Assembly (NCBI RefSeq): GCF_963921235.1
Contig: NC_086107.1
Location: forward strand, 105,154,001-105,218,000
DNA from: Mobula hypostoma
Lineage: Eukaryota
Direction: 5' to 3'
Length of the DNA: 64,000 bases
Shown here: positions 36,648-48,820 of the stretch, in pieces
Layout of the letters: every line of letters starts with the position of its first letter
How positions within the stretch are numbered: position 1 is the stretch's first letter
Notes under the pieces: model-generated
The model's input: only the letters and a program-made list of their open reading frames with translations
Told to the model about the DNA's origin: nothing
Databases searched by the model: none
Made by a program: the position numbers and the translations under genes

Positions 36648-37027
36648 AATCAAGAGAAAATCTGCAATTGTTGGAAATCCAAGCAACATACAGAAAGTGC
36701 TGGAGGAACTCAGCAGGCCAGGTTGCATCTATGGAAAGAGGTACAGTTGATGTTTTAGGCCGCGACCCTTTGGCAGGACTGGAGGAAAAAAGCTAAGGAG
36801 TAGATTTAAAAGGTCGGGGCAGGGGAGAGAGAAACATCAGGTGATAGGTGAAACCTGGAGGGGGAGGGATGAGGTAAAGAGCTGGGAAGCTGATGGGTGA
36901 AAGAGACAGAAGGCCATGGAAGAAAAAAAAGTGGGGAAGAGTACCAGAGGGAGGCGATAAGCAGGAAGGAGACAAGGTGAGAGAGGGAAAAGGGGATGGG
37001 AAATGGTGAAGGGGGGGTGGGGGGCAT
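36648..37027 (-). mobile_element. Penelope-like element 3' region with decayed hammerhead (36744-36781)
   Basis: Same organisation as 63421-63900. Confidence 0.8.
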
Positions 37028-37214
37028 TTTATATGTTTATAAAAGACATTTTTTCTGAAGTTTTATAAACTCGCAGTAGGTGTCTTTTAAAATTGCTTTG
37101 AACATAGGCCCCGTTGTTTCTCCATTCCTCCTCTAGCCAGATTAGTAATTCCACATCTCCTTGATATGGAGTGCATGGCACAATTTACTCTCCTCTCTAA
37201 GACAATGCTTTCTG

Positions 37215-37218
<4 letters not shown>

Positions 37219-37282
<64 letters not shown>
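37219..37282. repeat. (GT)n(GA)n microsatellite
   Basis: Direct inspection. Confidence 0.95.
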
Positions 37283-37359
37283 TAGAGCATAGTACTATAT
37301 TTATCAACATAGAGAACATTAGAGTGGAAAGTGAATTTGTAAATCCGACAGGAGCATAA

Positions 37360-37733
37360 GATGTTGGGAATGGTGAGGGTGGAGCGTGGAGCGCTGTTAC
37401 GTACAGACCCATCCAGCCTGAGACACCTGGCAAAGTCATTTGATTCCAAACAATTGGCTTATTGATCGTTACAGAATGTGCCTCTAGTGCTTTTTGCTCC
37501 CTCCCCTCTCCCTTCCCCTTTTTCCCAACCATGATTCCTCTCTCCCTGCCCCCTTCCCACTCTCAGTCCACAATAGAGACCCATATCAGAATAATGTTTA
37601 TCATCACTCACATATGTCATGAACTTTGATTTTTTTTTGTGACAGCATTACATAAAATTATTACTCTACTGTGCAGAAGTCTGAGGCACCCTTACTATAT
37701 ATACGTGCATGAGACTTTTGCATAGTACTGTAT
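37360..37733. repeat. Composite interspersed repeat, copy B
   Basis: Colinear with 75-462, including module junctions. Confidence 0.8.
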
Positions 37734-38051
37734 ATTGAAAATAGGATAACAATAAAACTCTGATAATCTAGTATCCTTGTTGTCTGTGAATCTGTGTACT
37801 CATGAGGTTAGCCAAATATTATTGTGTTTGTTGGCCAAGTGTGGAGCCTGAACCAGGCTTGCTAACACCAGGGGTTAGGAATGTGAGTAGGTTTCTGGCC
37901 AGAGCTGGAGTCCAGAATATGGGTTAGAAGTGGGATCTGGAGTGCTTCAACATTTCAGCTTGTGTGTTTGATAAACTGAAACTCAACAGATTTCTCTTAT
38001 TTTTTTCAACTACTGGATAACATGTTTTTAAAAAAACTAAAGTAAAAGTGT

Positions 38052-38174
38052 AAACACGAGGAATTCTGCAGATGCTGGAAATTCAACCAACACACATCAA
38101 AGTTGCTGGTGAACGCAGCAGGCCAGGCAGCATCTCTAGGAAGAGGTACAATCAACGTTTCAGGCCGAGACCCT
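38052..38174 (-). mobile_element. Penelope-derived short insert truncated inside hammerhead stem II
   Basis: Near-identical to 63423-63546; flanked by AAGTGT at 38046-38051 and 38175-38180. Confidence 0.85.
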
Positions 38175-40084
38175 AAGTGTGTTGAAAGTAAAGGCGTGTG
38201 GGGGAGAAAAATGTGTAACATTGAATAGTTTTGGAAAATCTGTTTGACCCAGTGCCACCAGGGTCCTGAGGGTGCTGAGTTATCAGTTTTATTTTAATAA
38301 GATTTGTGAAATGGCGAGTCATTACCAAGATTAACCATTATAAAAATAAATATTCTTGTTAAAGCAGATTTATGATTACAGTTAATTGAAAATACTTCCC
38401 AAGGTGTGGGTAATTTCATATCCGGAAATAGAAATTCCTGCAAAATTCCTAATATTAACTAGAATTGCACATAATTTCTGAATGGAAATAACTGCAACTC
38501 CACAATTTTAATTTTTATTAATGTTTATATCAACTGAATGAAATACAACTGAGAAAAGCAAGGGATCTATAGTGAAATGTTAAAAAGGACCACATGCTTA
38601 ACACAGAGACAAACAAGATTAAAGCTTGTGATTTCTTGCTTTTGAAACTTTTACAAATACCCATTTAAAAAAGAAATCTGTTGTAAATGAGAGCATTACA
38701 CATACAAAAATGAACAGAAGCTGGTGAAGTTTTACAGATCTGTCATGTTCACACAGCTTTTTACTAGGGCACTACTTACTTAATGATTACCTGGCTATTT
38801 CTCTCTCTTGAGCTACAATGATTATTTCATAATGTGCTGTTCTTAAGTAACTGAATATTTATTTAGTGATAAAGTGCGGATTAGGCCCTTCCATCCCTTC
38901 CAGCCGTGCTGATTCAGCAACCTTGATTTAACCCTAACCAAATCACTGGACAACTTACATTGACCGAATAAACTACCTGGTACATCTTTGGGTATTGGGA
39001 AGAAATTGGAACATCAGCAGAAAAATCTATGATTTGCACAAACTTCTTGTGCACTTCAGTTTGCTGCCTCCTTCACAACTAGTCAAATCTTAAATGTATT
39101 GCAAGATCCCAGCACTATGTCACAGGTGCCTTCCAGTGCTGAAGTATATTGTGACTTTGTTCTCTTTCCATTTTAAAATTAGAAACAAATTCTATTATTG
39201 AACTGGCAAATTTTGTCTCTGTTTCCCTGATGAAAGAATGAAGGAGCTGTCAAGTAGAAATTGTGTACATATCCATGTCAGCAGCATTTCAAATAATGTA
39301 AAAATGATAATATAAAAATATTTTTCCCCACTATCTTTTGAACACTGAAAATCTTTACAAAGTCTGAGATCCAGCACAGAATAGAGCAATTAAAATTTAG
39401 AGCCATAGCTATCATCTTTAATTAATCAAATTCTTGATTTCTTCTTTCCTGAGATTTTGGTTGCAGGAGGGGCCACCCCCAAAAAACTAGCTCTTGGACT
39501 TGCAGGAATTGAATTAAGCAGGACTTAAGTGTTTGATTGAATCAAAACTAAATATTGGCATTCATTTTAATTCAGACAGGATGAAATTAAAATAAATTCT
39601 TACTCTTAATTGAGCTACAGAACTTTTTAAAAACTCCTATTTTCTTTGAACCAGACACGACAGACTTCAATGGCTAAATTTTTAGATCTAAATCCTTATA
39701 TTTCTATTCACAGATGATTAACCCTTCTAATTTCTCAAGTGTTTCCAGCCAAAATCTGTTAAAGTTGCCTTTTACATGCAACTGAAAAATTGTTAAGCCT
39801 AATGTAACATCTACAAATTTATTGTGCATTCATATACTTCAAACCAAATATAACTTACTCTAAAAGCCAAGCCCAGGACTGTATAAAATGTTAACAAGCA
39901 TCTCAGAAAGCTTTGAAGGCTTTAGTGCACAAGAATGCTAGAACCCATTGATCATATAAGGGCACAGATTCAAGCATATCCACATCAATCAGAATTCCAA
40001 CTACAAATCCCCTATAGCAGTTTTAAAAATTCCATTTGTTAGAGGACAATATATCTATTAAAGTTTGCAATTCAAATTTGCAGG

Positions 40085-41520
40085 AAGAAGTTTGTGAACC
40101 CTTTGCAATTGCCTGGTTTTCTGCATTAATTAGTCATAAAATGTGGTCTGATCTTCATCTAAGTATCTAAGTCACAATAACAGGCAAACACAATCTGTCT
40201 AAACTAATAACACACAAACAATTGTACTACTTCTCGTCAATACTGAGTGCACCATTTAAACAATCACAGTCTAGGTTCAAGAAAGTATGTGAACCTCTGG
40301 TGTAATGCCTTCTGCAAAAGCTATTTGGAGTCAGGTGTTCCAGTCAATGAGATGAGATTGAGTGTGTGGGTTGTAGAGGTGCCCTGCCCTGTAAAAAAGA
40401 CACACAAAATCAGTTTACTGACAGAGCCTGCTCTTCTCAAGAAAGATCTGTTTATTTCCACCATGCTTCGATCAAAACAACTTTCCGAGCAAATTAGAAG
40501 CATTTTAGAGATGCATGAAGCTGGAAAAGGCTGCAAGAGCATTTCTAAAGACCTGAGTGTTCATCAGTCCACAGTAAGAGAAATTGTCAACAAATGCAGG
40601 AAATTCAACACTGTTGCTACTCTCCCTGGGAGTGGAGTGGGCGTCATGCAAAGATCACACTAAGAGCACAATGTGCAACGCTGAAGGAAATGAAAAAGAA
40701 CCCAAGGGTAACAGCAAAAGACCTGAAGAAATCACTAGAATTTGCTAAAGTCTCTTCATGTGTCCACTATAAGAAAGACATTGAACAAGAATGGTGAACA
40801 AGGGAAAATTTGCAGATGCTGGAAATCTAAGCAACATACATAAAACGCTGGAAGAACTCAGCAGGTCAGGTACACCTATGGAGAAGAGTAAACAGTCAAA
40901 ATTCTGGGCTGAGACCCTTCATCATGTCTAAGTGTTCATGGAAGGACACCACAGAGGGATCAGAATCAAATTTATTATCACTGGCATGTGTCCTGGAACC
41001 ACTGCTCTCCAAAATAAAACATTGTTGCACATCTCAGGTTTGCAAAAGACCACCTGGATGTTCCACAATGCTTCTGGAACAATTTTCTGTGGACAGATGA
41101 GACAAAAGTTGAACTTTTTAGCAGAAATGCACACCGCAATGTTTGGAGGAAAAAGGGCGCTGCAAAACCAAAACCAAGACCTCATCTCAGCCATGAAGCA
41201 TGGTGGAAGGAGCACCATGGTTTAGGGCTGCTTTGCTGCCCCATGGCCTGGACAGCTTGCAATTGTTGAGAAAGCAATAAATTCTAAATTGTATCAAGAC
41301 ATTTTACAGGAGAATGTCAGGGTAGCGGTCTGTCACCTGAAGCTTAATAGAAGTTGGAAGATGCAACAAGGCAGTGATCCGAAACACAAGAGTAAATCAA
41401 CAACAGAATGGTTTAAAAAGAAGAAAATTTGTGATTTGGAATGGCCAAGTCAGAGTGCTGATCTTAACCCAATTGAGATGCTGTGGCATGGTCTGAAGGG
41501 GGCTGTTCATGTAAGGTATA
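40085..41520 (+). mobile_element. Tc1-family (DD34E spacing) transposon relic with two nested inserts
   Basis: Paired-like N-terminus (SKQLSEQIR..ILEMHEAGKG.KSISK), KHGG.S.MV, QQ[G]SDPKH...WPSQSADLNPIE with 34 residues between the mutated second D and E; direct repeat AAGT.TGTGAACC at ~40088 and ~40283; right end missing. Confidence 0.9.
40797..40931 (-). mobile_element. Penelope-derived short insert nested in the Tc1 transposase
   Basis: Tc1 sequence AAGAATGGTG resumes as GTGTTCATGGAAGGAC after the insert; the insert ends at GAGACCCTTCATCA (hammerhead segment). Confidence 0.85.
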
Positions 41521-43074
41521 ACAAATGTGGGTTGATACTGTTCAATGTCTTGTTGAAGTATTATTAATGGTGCTGTGGGAAAGAATGGAGCTCATAATTT
41601 TGTTGGCTGCTCAGGAGGGCGTTTACCTCATGTATCCTAGTCGTTAACAGCATATCTATTAGGTTTGAAAATAAAACCTCTAAAAGTATTAATGAGAAGT
41701 CTTTAATCTGAAATATTTACAGTTTCTCTTTTCACAGATGCTACCTGATCTGATGAGTTTGCCAGCATTTTAAGTTTCTGTATCTGCAAATTTCATTGGC
41801 TGTTTAATCCCAATTAATCTCCTTTCTTCAATTATTTTCACTGCTCTGTCACCAGAGGTGCCTCTAGGCTGACACTAATTAAGTGATTTCCTGTTGACAT
41901 TTTCTGTGATTGCACCTCTGTCTTTAATTGCCTTTGAAGCCTGTTTGAAGGCCTAAAAATCTTTGTTCAGTCTTCAAACTGTAAATTGGCAAATTCAGCC
42001 TTCTTTTCTATCTCTGTCTGGAACTAACTCATGCATAAAAAGTGAAGAGTGCTGCTTTAAATTTTTATTTACCTTCGCCTTTTAATTTTTACTATTTTAC
42101 CTTTTCTTTATCTTTAAATTTCTGCCTCACTTGGTTATTCTCCTTTTGACATTTCTCCATTTCTGTCAAAGATGAAGCAACTGTAGTAGCCTTTATTAAA
42201 TCATATAGCTTCAAGCATGTACTTACATTATATAACATTATTTATATCATATATGGGGCGACAGGGTTGATAAGAGGTTAGCGGAGTCACTTTACAGTAC
42301 AGGCCTTCACTGATTGGGGGTTCAATTGCCTCCGCTGTCTGTTAGGAGTTTATACATTCTCCCTGTGATCGCGTTGGCTTTCCTCTGGGTGCTCCAGTTT
42401 CTTCCCACATTCCAATGACGTATGGTTAGGGTTACTAAGTTGTGGGCATGCTATGTTGGTGCCAGAACTGTGGCAACACTTGTGGGCAGCCCCCAACACA
42501 ATCATCGCAGATTTTTATTTGACGCAAGCAACGTATTTCACTGGTATGTTTTTGATGTTTTGATGTACATGTGACAAAATAAAGTTAATCTTTAAAAAGA
42601 ACTTTTGTAATTGCCAAGTCTTGGCATCCTTTAATTGTTATGTTCAAATGTTTGCTGGCTTGCATAATTTTTACAGCGAACTGAAGCCCAATTAACAATC
42701 TTTATCTCCTACCTTGTTTGTGTCATAGACTTCTACCATTAACCGAGGAGTCCGTGGACCCCAGGTTGGGAACCCCTGTAATACATTGCTTCAGCACCAT
42801 TCACCTTTTGCTCATTTCTCCCATTGTTAGCAAGAATTTGTTGCAGTTCTCTAAAATCGTATTCTGACTTTATCCTGCATTTTAGTAGAATAGACACAGA
42901 ATGCTTGTTTGTTTTTTTATTAAAATAATTATTCCAGGAACAACAAGCAAGTTCTCAGAATCTGTTGATCAAGCTGAGCCAGAAACATGCACTGAATTCT
43001 AGACTTGGGATCCTGCCTCGCATGTTGGTCCTAGGTTTCTGGTACTGAACCAGCCGAGAACCTTGTTGCATATA

Positions 43075-43833
43075 CAGTTGGCCCTCCTTATCCGCGAGGG
43101 ATTGGTTCTGAGAACCCACTCCCCCCCCGGTCGATACCAAAAAAACGTGGATGCGCAAGTCCCTTATTTAACCTGTCTCAGTGCAGGTGGACTTTAGGAC
43201 CCAGGGCAGCACAGGACCCGCTGCCCGCAGTGTTTCTGTTCCGTTGACTTATAATACCTAATACAATGTAAATGCTATGTAAGTAGTTGTTATACTGTAT
43301 TGTTTAGGGAACAATGACAAGAAAAAAAGTCTGTACATGTTCAGTACAGATGCAACCATTGTAGCTCTTCTAGGAACGCTGATGCTGCCTCGGCATCAGC
43401 TGATCCTGATTCTCCTGTGATCTTTAAGTTCTTGAGGCTGTAGTGCTTTTCCTAGCCAGCCATCCATCCCTAGCACTAACACTTCCACGAATTTCAGCTT
43501 CTTTCTGCTTTGTTGTGTGAATGCTGGATTTGTTCTTACCGACCTTACGGCCCACTTTGGAATGCGACATGCCACTTTTCAAAAGATCTAATATTTCTAA
43601 TTTCTCGGTGAGAGATAGCACTTTATGCTCCCTCTTAGCCCTTGAGGAATTGCTTTAACCACGTAATTGCTTTTTAGGAGCTATTTTTTCACAGAAACAA
43701 AGTAGTGAACGAATGAGACACAAGGCAAACAATGCTCTAACAACGAGTGCTGGAGAGAGAACTTCCGGGTTTTGCCGATTCGCGGTTGGTTGAATTCGTG
43801 CATGTGGAACTCGCGGATAAGGAGGGCCGACTG
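43075..43833 (-). mobile_element. Tigger/pogo DNA transposon deletion derivative (MER2/Tigger2-like)
   Basis: TIRs CAGTTGGCCCTCCTTATCCGCGAG / CTCGCGGATAAGGAGGGCCGACTG with TA flanks; ORF 43424-43621 is a CENP-B/psq HTH N-terminus (LSLTEKLEILDLLKSGMS). Confidence 0.92.
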
Positions 43834-43904
43834 TATACTATTTAGTTCTTCGTTTAGCCTGGTTCTGTTACACTTGTATATAGTGTAACTCAGTCATCAG
43901 CCAT

Positions 43905-44098
43905 CAGGTGGTGTAGTGGCATCTGCACCAGACTTCAAGGCGAGGGGTCATGGGTTCGAATCTGGCTGGCTCTTTGCATGCTTTCCATTTGAGCTGGGTT
44001 GAGTGTTGAGCTAGCAACTCGACCTCACAAAAAAAAAGCAGACAAAAATGGCAAGTTTGCTGCCCGATATGCTGCAAGGTGTGGAAAGGAACAACAAA
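43905..44098 (+). mobile_element. tRNA-headed SINE
   Basis: GGTGGTGTAGTGG A-box and GGTTCGAATC B-box followed by a non-tRNA body ending ACAACAA. Confidence 0.6.
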
Positions 44099-44604
44099 GT
44101 TCAGTCATACCTATTATTAACATCCTTGGTCTATGCGTTGTGTATTCAAACTCTGAATTTGAAAGCTACATAGCTCCCTCCTAACTTACATCCATCTCAT
44201 ATCATGTTTAATTATCAAATGTTCATGTAAAGTTTGGTTTTCTAGTGACAATGACCTTCTTGTCCATCTCTATTATTTTTCAGCCACAGGATCATTCCCA
44301 ATTTCTTTGCCTCCCTTATGTACTAGATGTCTGTGTCTCCCTTGTTCATTCATGCAGGTGGACCAGTCTGACCATCACACTTGGTTCCTGCTGTTTCCTG
44401 TTACAGCTTTTATTACTATACCTAATTAGTTCCTGACACACTTGACTAACAAAGCTCACATACTGATTCTGCTGAATTCCTAAACTAAGCGTATGCTTGC
44501 TATGTCCCAGTGGCTCCAATGACTCCTGTGGCCCATCATCCCAGTAGCCACTGCAGCCCTTGAGTCCCCAGTTATCACAATCCCTTCACTGCTGCTGTGA
44601 TTCC

Positions 44605-46555
44605 CCAATACAAAAGTACAATAGAATAAATGGAAAAATTACACGTAAAGACTGCCAAGCAATCAATGTATAAAAAGAAGACAGTATGTACAAATACAAA
44701 GTAATAATAAAAAAAATACTGTAAACATGAGTTGTAGAGTCCTTGAAAGTGAGTCTATAGGTTGTGGATTCAGTGCAGAGTTGAGGTGAGTGAAGTTATC
44801 CACACTGGTTTAGGATCCTGATGGTTGAAGGGTTGCGCCGAGATGGTGTGCAATCCAACAAACTGAGCAAGTGACTATCTGAGATGTTTTTATTGAGATT
44901 GCAAGACCCTGTTGGACATCAGTATTGTAGAATACTGCATCCGTTCATTGGCGAGACCGATGGCAGGGAAGCTGTGTTGCCTAGGTTGTGGTGAGGACTA
45001 CGCCTTGGCAACAGGGTTGGATTGGATGTAGCAGCTTGCCCAGGGGAGAGAGCAGGGGGCTCTGCTGGGTGTGCTGGAATCGCACTGGGTTGAGGACTGG
45101 CCCCCTCCTGTTGATGTTGTCCTCTGGTGTTTGCTTGGTGCTACCCTCCAGTGTACACTCAGTGGAAGAGCAGGCTAGTCCAGGTCAATCTACAGTCATA
45201 CCACTCAGGCACTTGGGCTATATTATTTTATTTCTTTGTGACTATGTTTTTCTGAAATCATAACTGTATGTGCTATTTGCAGTGTGCTGTGTGCTGTTGC
45301 TAGTGAGTTTTGCAGCTTGGCTCCAGAGGAACTCTCTTTTCATCTGGCTATATTTATGTAAGGTTGAATTAACTTAAACTTTTAACTTGAAATCTGTGCT
45401 GAACCTGGTGGTGTGGCACCTAAGCAATGGAGTTCTGCACCTCTTCCCTGAGGGCAGCAGTGAGAAGAGCTTGGTCTGGTTGGTGGGGAGTCCTTGATGA
45501 TGGATGCTGCTTTCTTATCGCACAGCTCCTTGCAAGTATGCTCATTGGTGGGGAGGGCATCTCCTGTACTAGAATCAGCCGTATCCACTACTTTTCATAA
45601 ACTTTTCTGTTCATGGGCATCAGTGTTTTCGTACCAGGCCATGATGCGATCAGTCACAATACTCTCCATTGTGCATCTATAGAAGTTTGTTAAAGTTTTA
45701 GATGACATGCTGAATTTGTGCAACTTATAAGAAAGTAGAAGCACAGTCATGCCTTCTTTTTAATGGCACCTAAGTGCTGGACCTGGACAGATCCTCTGAT
45801 ATGATGACACCAAGGAATTTGAAGTTAATTGCCCTCTCCACTCCGATCCCCTAATGCAGGCTGCCTCATGGACCTCCAATTTCTTCCTCCTGTTGTCAGT
45901 AATCAGCTCTATGGTTTTGCTGGCGTTGAGTGAGAGAGAAGTTGTTGTGGCACCATTTATTCAGATTTCCAATCTCCCTCCTATCTGCCACTTCATCTCT
46001 ACCTTTGTTTCAGTCAACAATAGTGGTATTGACAGCAAACCTGAACACGGCAGATCAGGGGACTAAACATACAGCCTTGTGGGGCACCTGTGCTTATGGT
46101 GATCGTGGAGGAGATGTTGTTGCCAATCCATACTGACTGGGGTCTGAAGGTGAGGAAATTGAGGATTCATTTGCACGTATCAAGGCCTAGGTCTTAGAGC
46201 TCATTTACTAACTTTGAGGGGGTGATAGTGTTGAATGCTGAGGTATGCACCTTCACTGTCCAGATGTTTCTAAGCTCAGTGAAGAGCCAATGAAATGGTA
46301 CGTCCTGTTGACCTGTTGTGACGGGAGGCAAATTGGAGCAGATCCAAGTTGCTCCTGCTCCTCAGGTAGGAGTTGATGTGCTTCACAACCAGCATCACAA
46401 AGCACTTTATCATAGTGGATGATAGTCGTTGAAGCAGTTTACCACAGTCTTATGATTGAAGCCTGCTTTAAGCGGCTGGTTACCTCAAACTGCCAAAGCG
46501 AGAGGTTAATGATGTCAGTAAACACTCCAGCCAGTTGATTAGCGCAAGTGGTTGG
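44605..46555 (-). mobile_element. Old Rex1/Babar LINE with a + strand insert at ~44835-45390
   Basis: CANQLAGVFTDIINLSL (ORF 46439-46639), RT remnants and 3' UTR; the insert has an (AACTT) tail. Confidence 0.8.
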
Positions 46556-47659
46556 TACTCCTACCAAGTCTGAATGTGACTGTGCAGCGTCAGGCTCCCA
46601 CTGTAAATGAAGTCCCCTGTTGGTCAGAGTTGACAGCAAGATCTTGGAGGGGTTTGTAACTAATGTTTCAGCAGTATGTTATATCCAGTTTATTTGTTGT
46701 CCCTGCTTACCAGTGTTACTCATGTAAAGTTTGGCAACCACTTTTACTCTCTGTGCAGCTGCCATCAGCCAGCATCTACAGGCATGCAGCCACCATCACC
46801 ACCATCAGCCTGCCCTTCTCACCTAGCTAGTGTCTTATGCAGTGCATTTACTACCTTTTGTGCCAATGGAGTTCTGTGTTTCTGTAGCAAACATGCACAA
46901 TTATTAGATTAATGCTCAAATAGATCACAACAAGTATGACCCCAGAGCTTGTTTTTGCTTGTGAACCTGACCTAAATTTGATACATACATCTCTGCTCTG
47001 ACTGGCTGAAATCAGGGAGCCAGGCTCATTGTGAAGGTGTGGAATCCACTGCTGGCTTACAAACCATCTCTTATAAATCAGTTTTCACTGAATATTTTTG
47101 TTTTTGGAGAGGAAATTAGCTTTGAACATTTTTCCCAATAGTTAGCACTCAGTTGATAAGCTAAACTGAAGTGCCTTACTTAAATACATTTTTTGTAATT
47201 ATGTTCCACTGTTTTTATAAGTGTACCCATTATTTTGGAATATTAGGACTTTTACTGACAAAAAATTACTTTTGAAAAACCCTTTGAAATGCTACTTAAT
47301 TGTACCAATTCCTATGTACTGAGTATTTTTTAATTAAAAAATTCTTTTATTACATTTTCCCATGGCAATTTTTAGACTGCTTTGCCCAGTAAATTCTGAG
47401 CTGTTCAAACTTCTTGACAATAGTCAGTTTGATTGCCCTCTCATTACTTATTATAGCTTGGTAATACCCGCTCCATTGAATGACATCAGAATTGGAGAGA
47501 TTGTGTAGGTGGTGAGAGGCTGATTTTCATGAGCATACACAAGTTGGGCTGAAGGTACAGATTAAGAAATGGAAACCACTTCCTATATAGCTGAACTTTC
47601 CCAGCTGCTTGTGGGCAGTTAGTTTTAGCATGTTCCATTTCACAGTCTGATCTGGCCAT

Positions 47660-48820
47660 AAAACTATAAAACATAGGAGCAGAGTTAGGCCATTTGGCCT
47701 GTCGAGTCTATTCCACCATTCCAGTGTAGCTGATTTATTATCTCTGTCAACCCCATTCTCCTGCCTTCTACCCATAACCTTTAACATCCTTACTAATCAA
47801 GAATCTATGAACTTCTGCTTTAAATACAGGTATGTGTTGCTTAACGTCCACGATATGTTCTGTGAAATCGGATGTTATGTGATTTGGACGTTGTGCGAAC
47901 ACTATTATATACTTAGCAAATCTACATGGAGTACTGTAGTGTACCTGTATTGACTAAATCTATGTCATTAGCAGTTTCTCCATATCCAGTATAGGTCCCT
48001 CTCTCGTTTTCGTGAGCCTTCTAGTTTCCAGTGAAGCCGATCCTTTAACAGCTTGGAGAATTTTTTCTTTGTTTTTCAGGATCGTCGTGATTGTCAAGTG
48101 CGACATGCCTAAATCCCGAGCAATAGCATTGACTGGTTTTCCACCTTCATATTGTTTAATAACCTTTTGTTTCACTTCCAAATCAATACTTTTCCTTTGC
48201 CTCTTGCTGCTGCTATCACTAGGAGTGGTTTTGTTGCGTTTGGAAGCCATGATGCACTTTACGGTAATATTTTCGAAAGAAATTTAAATGGAGAGGTAAC
48301 ACTACTACACTCAAGAGACGCGCGATACAGGAGATTAGTTATGTCCGCTACGTCACATTCTCCGATTGGGACTACGGACGTATATGCGATCGGATGTTAA
48401 GCGGCACACACCTGTATACCCAATGACCTGGTTTCTACATCTATCTGTGGCAATGAATTCCATAGATTCACCACCCTCTGACTAATTAAATTCCTCCTTA
48501 TCCCTGTTCTAAAGGGACTTGGTTTTATTCTGAGACTGTGAACCTGTGGTCCTAGACTTCCCCCATTATAGCAAACATCCAGGTCCTCAATCTAGGCCTT
48601 TCAGTGTTTGCTGGGTTTCAGTGAGATTCTCCCCACCCCATTCTTCTAAACTCTAGGCCCAGGCCCAGAGTCATCAAATGCTCCTCAAAAACATTAACCT
48701 TTTAATTTGAGAATCATTCTGGTAAACCTTCTCTAAATCCTCTCCAATGCCAGCATATCCTTTCTTATATAAGGGGCCAAGAACCGCTCACAATACTCCA
48801 AGTGTGGTCTGACCAGTGCC
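47660..48820 (-). mobile_element. CR1 3' fragment split by a Tigger element
   Basis: Host CTGCTTTAAATA resumes as TACCCAATGACCTGG after 48414. Confidence 0.85.
47827..48414 (-). mobile_element. Tigger/pogo deletion derivative (Tigger3/Golem-like end)
   Basis: TIRs CAGGTATGTGTTGCTTAAC / GTTAAGCGGCACACACCTG with TA flanks; ORF 47960-48250 is an intact HTH N-terminus (RKSIDLEVKQKVIKQYEGG...MEKLL). Confidence 0.92.

Noticed and set aside
43905..43985. tRNA gene candidate
   Set aside because: A/B boxes are present but the acceptor stem is incomplete and it continues into a SINE body.
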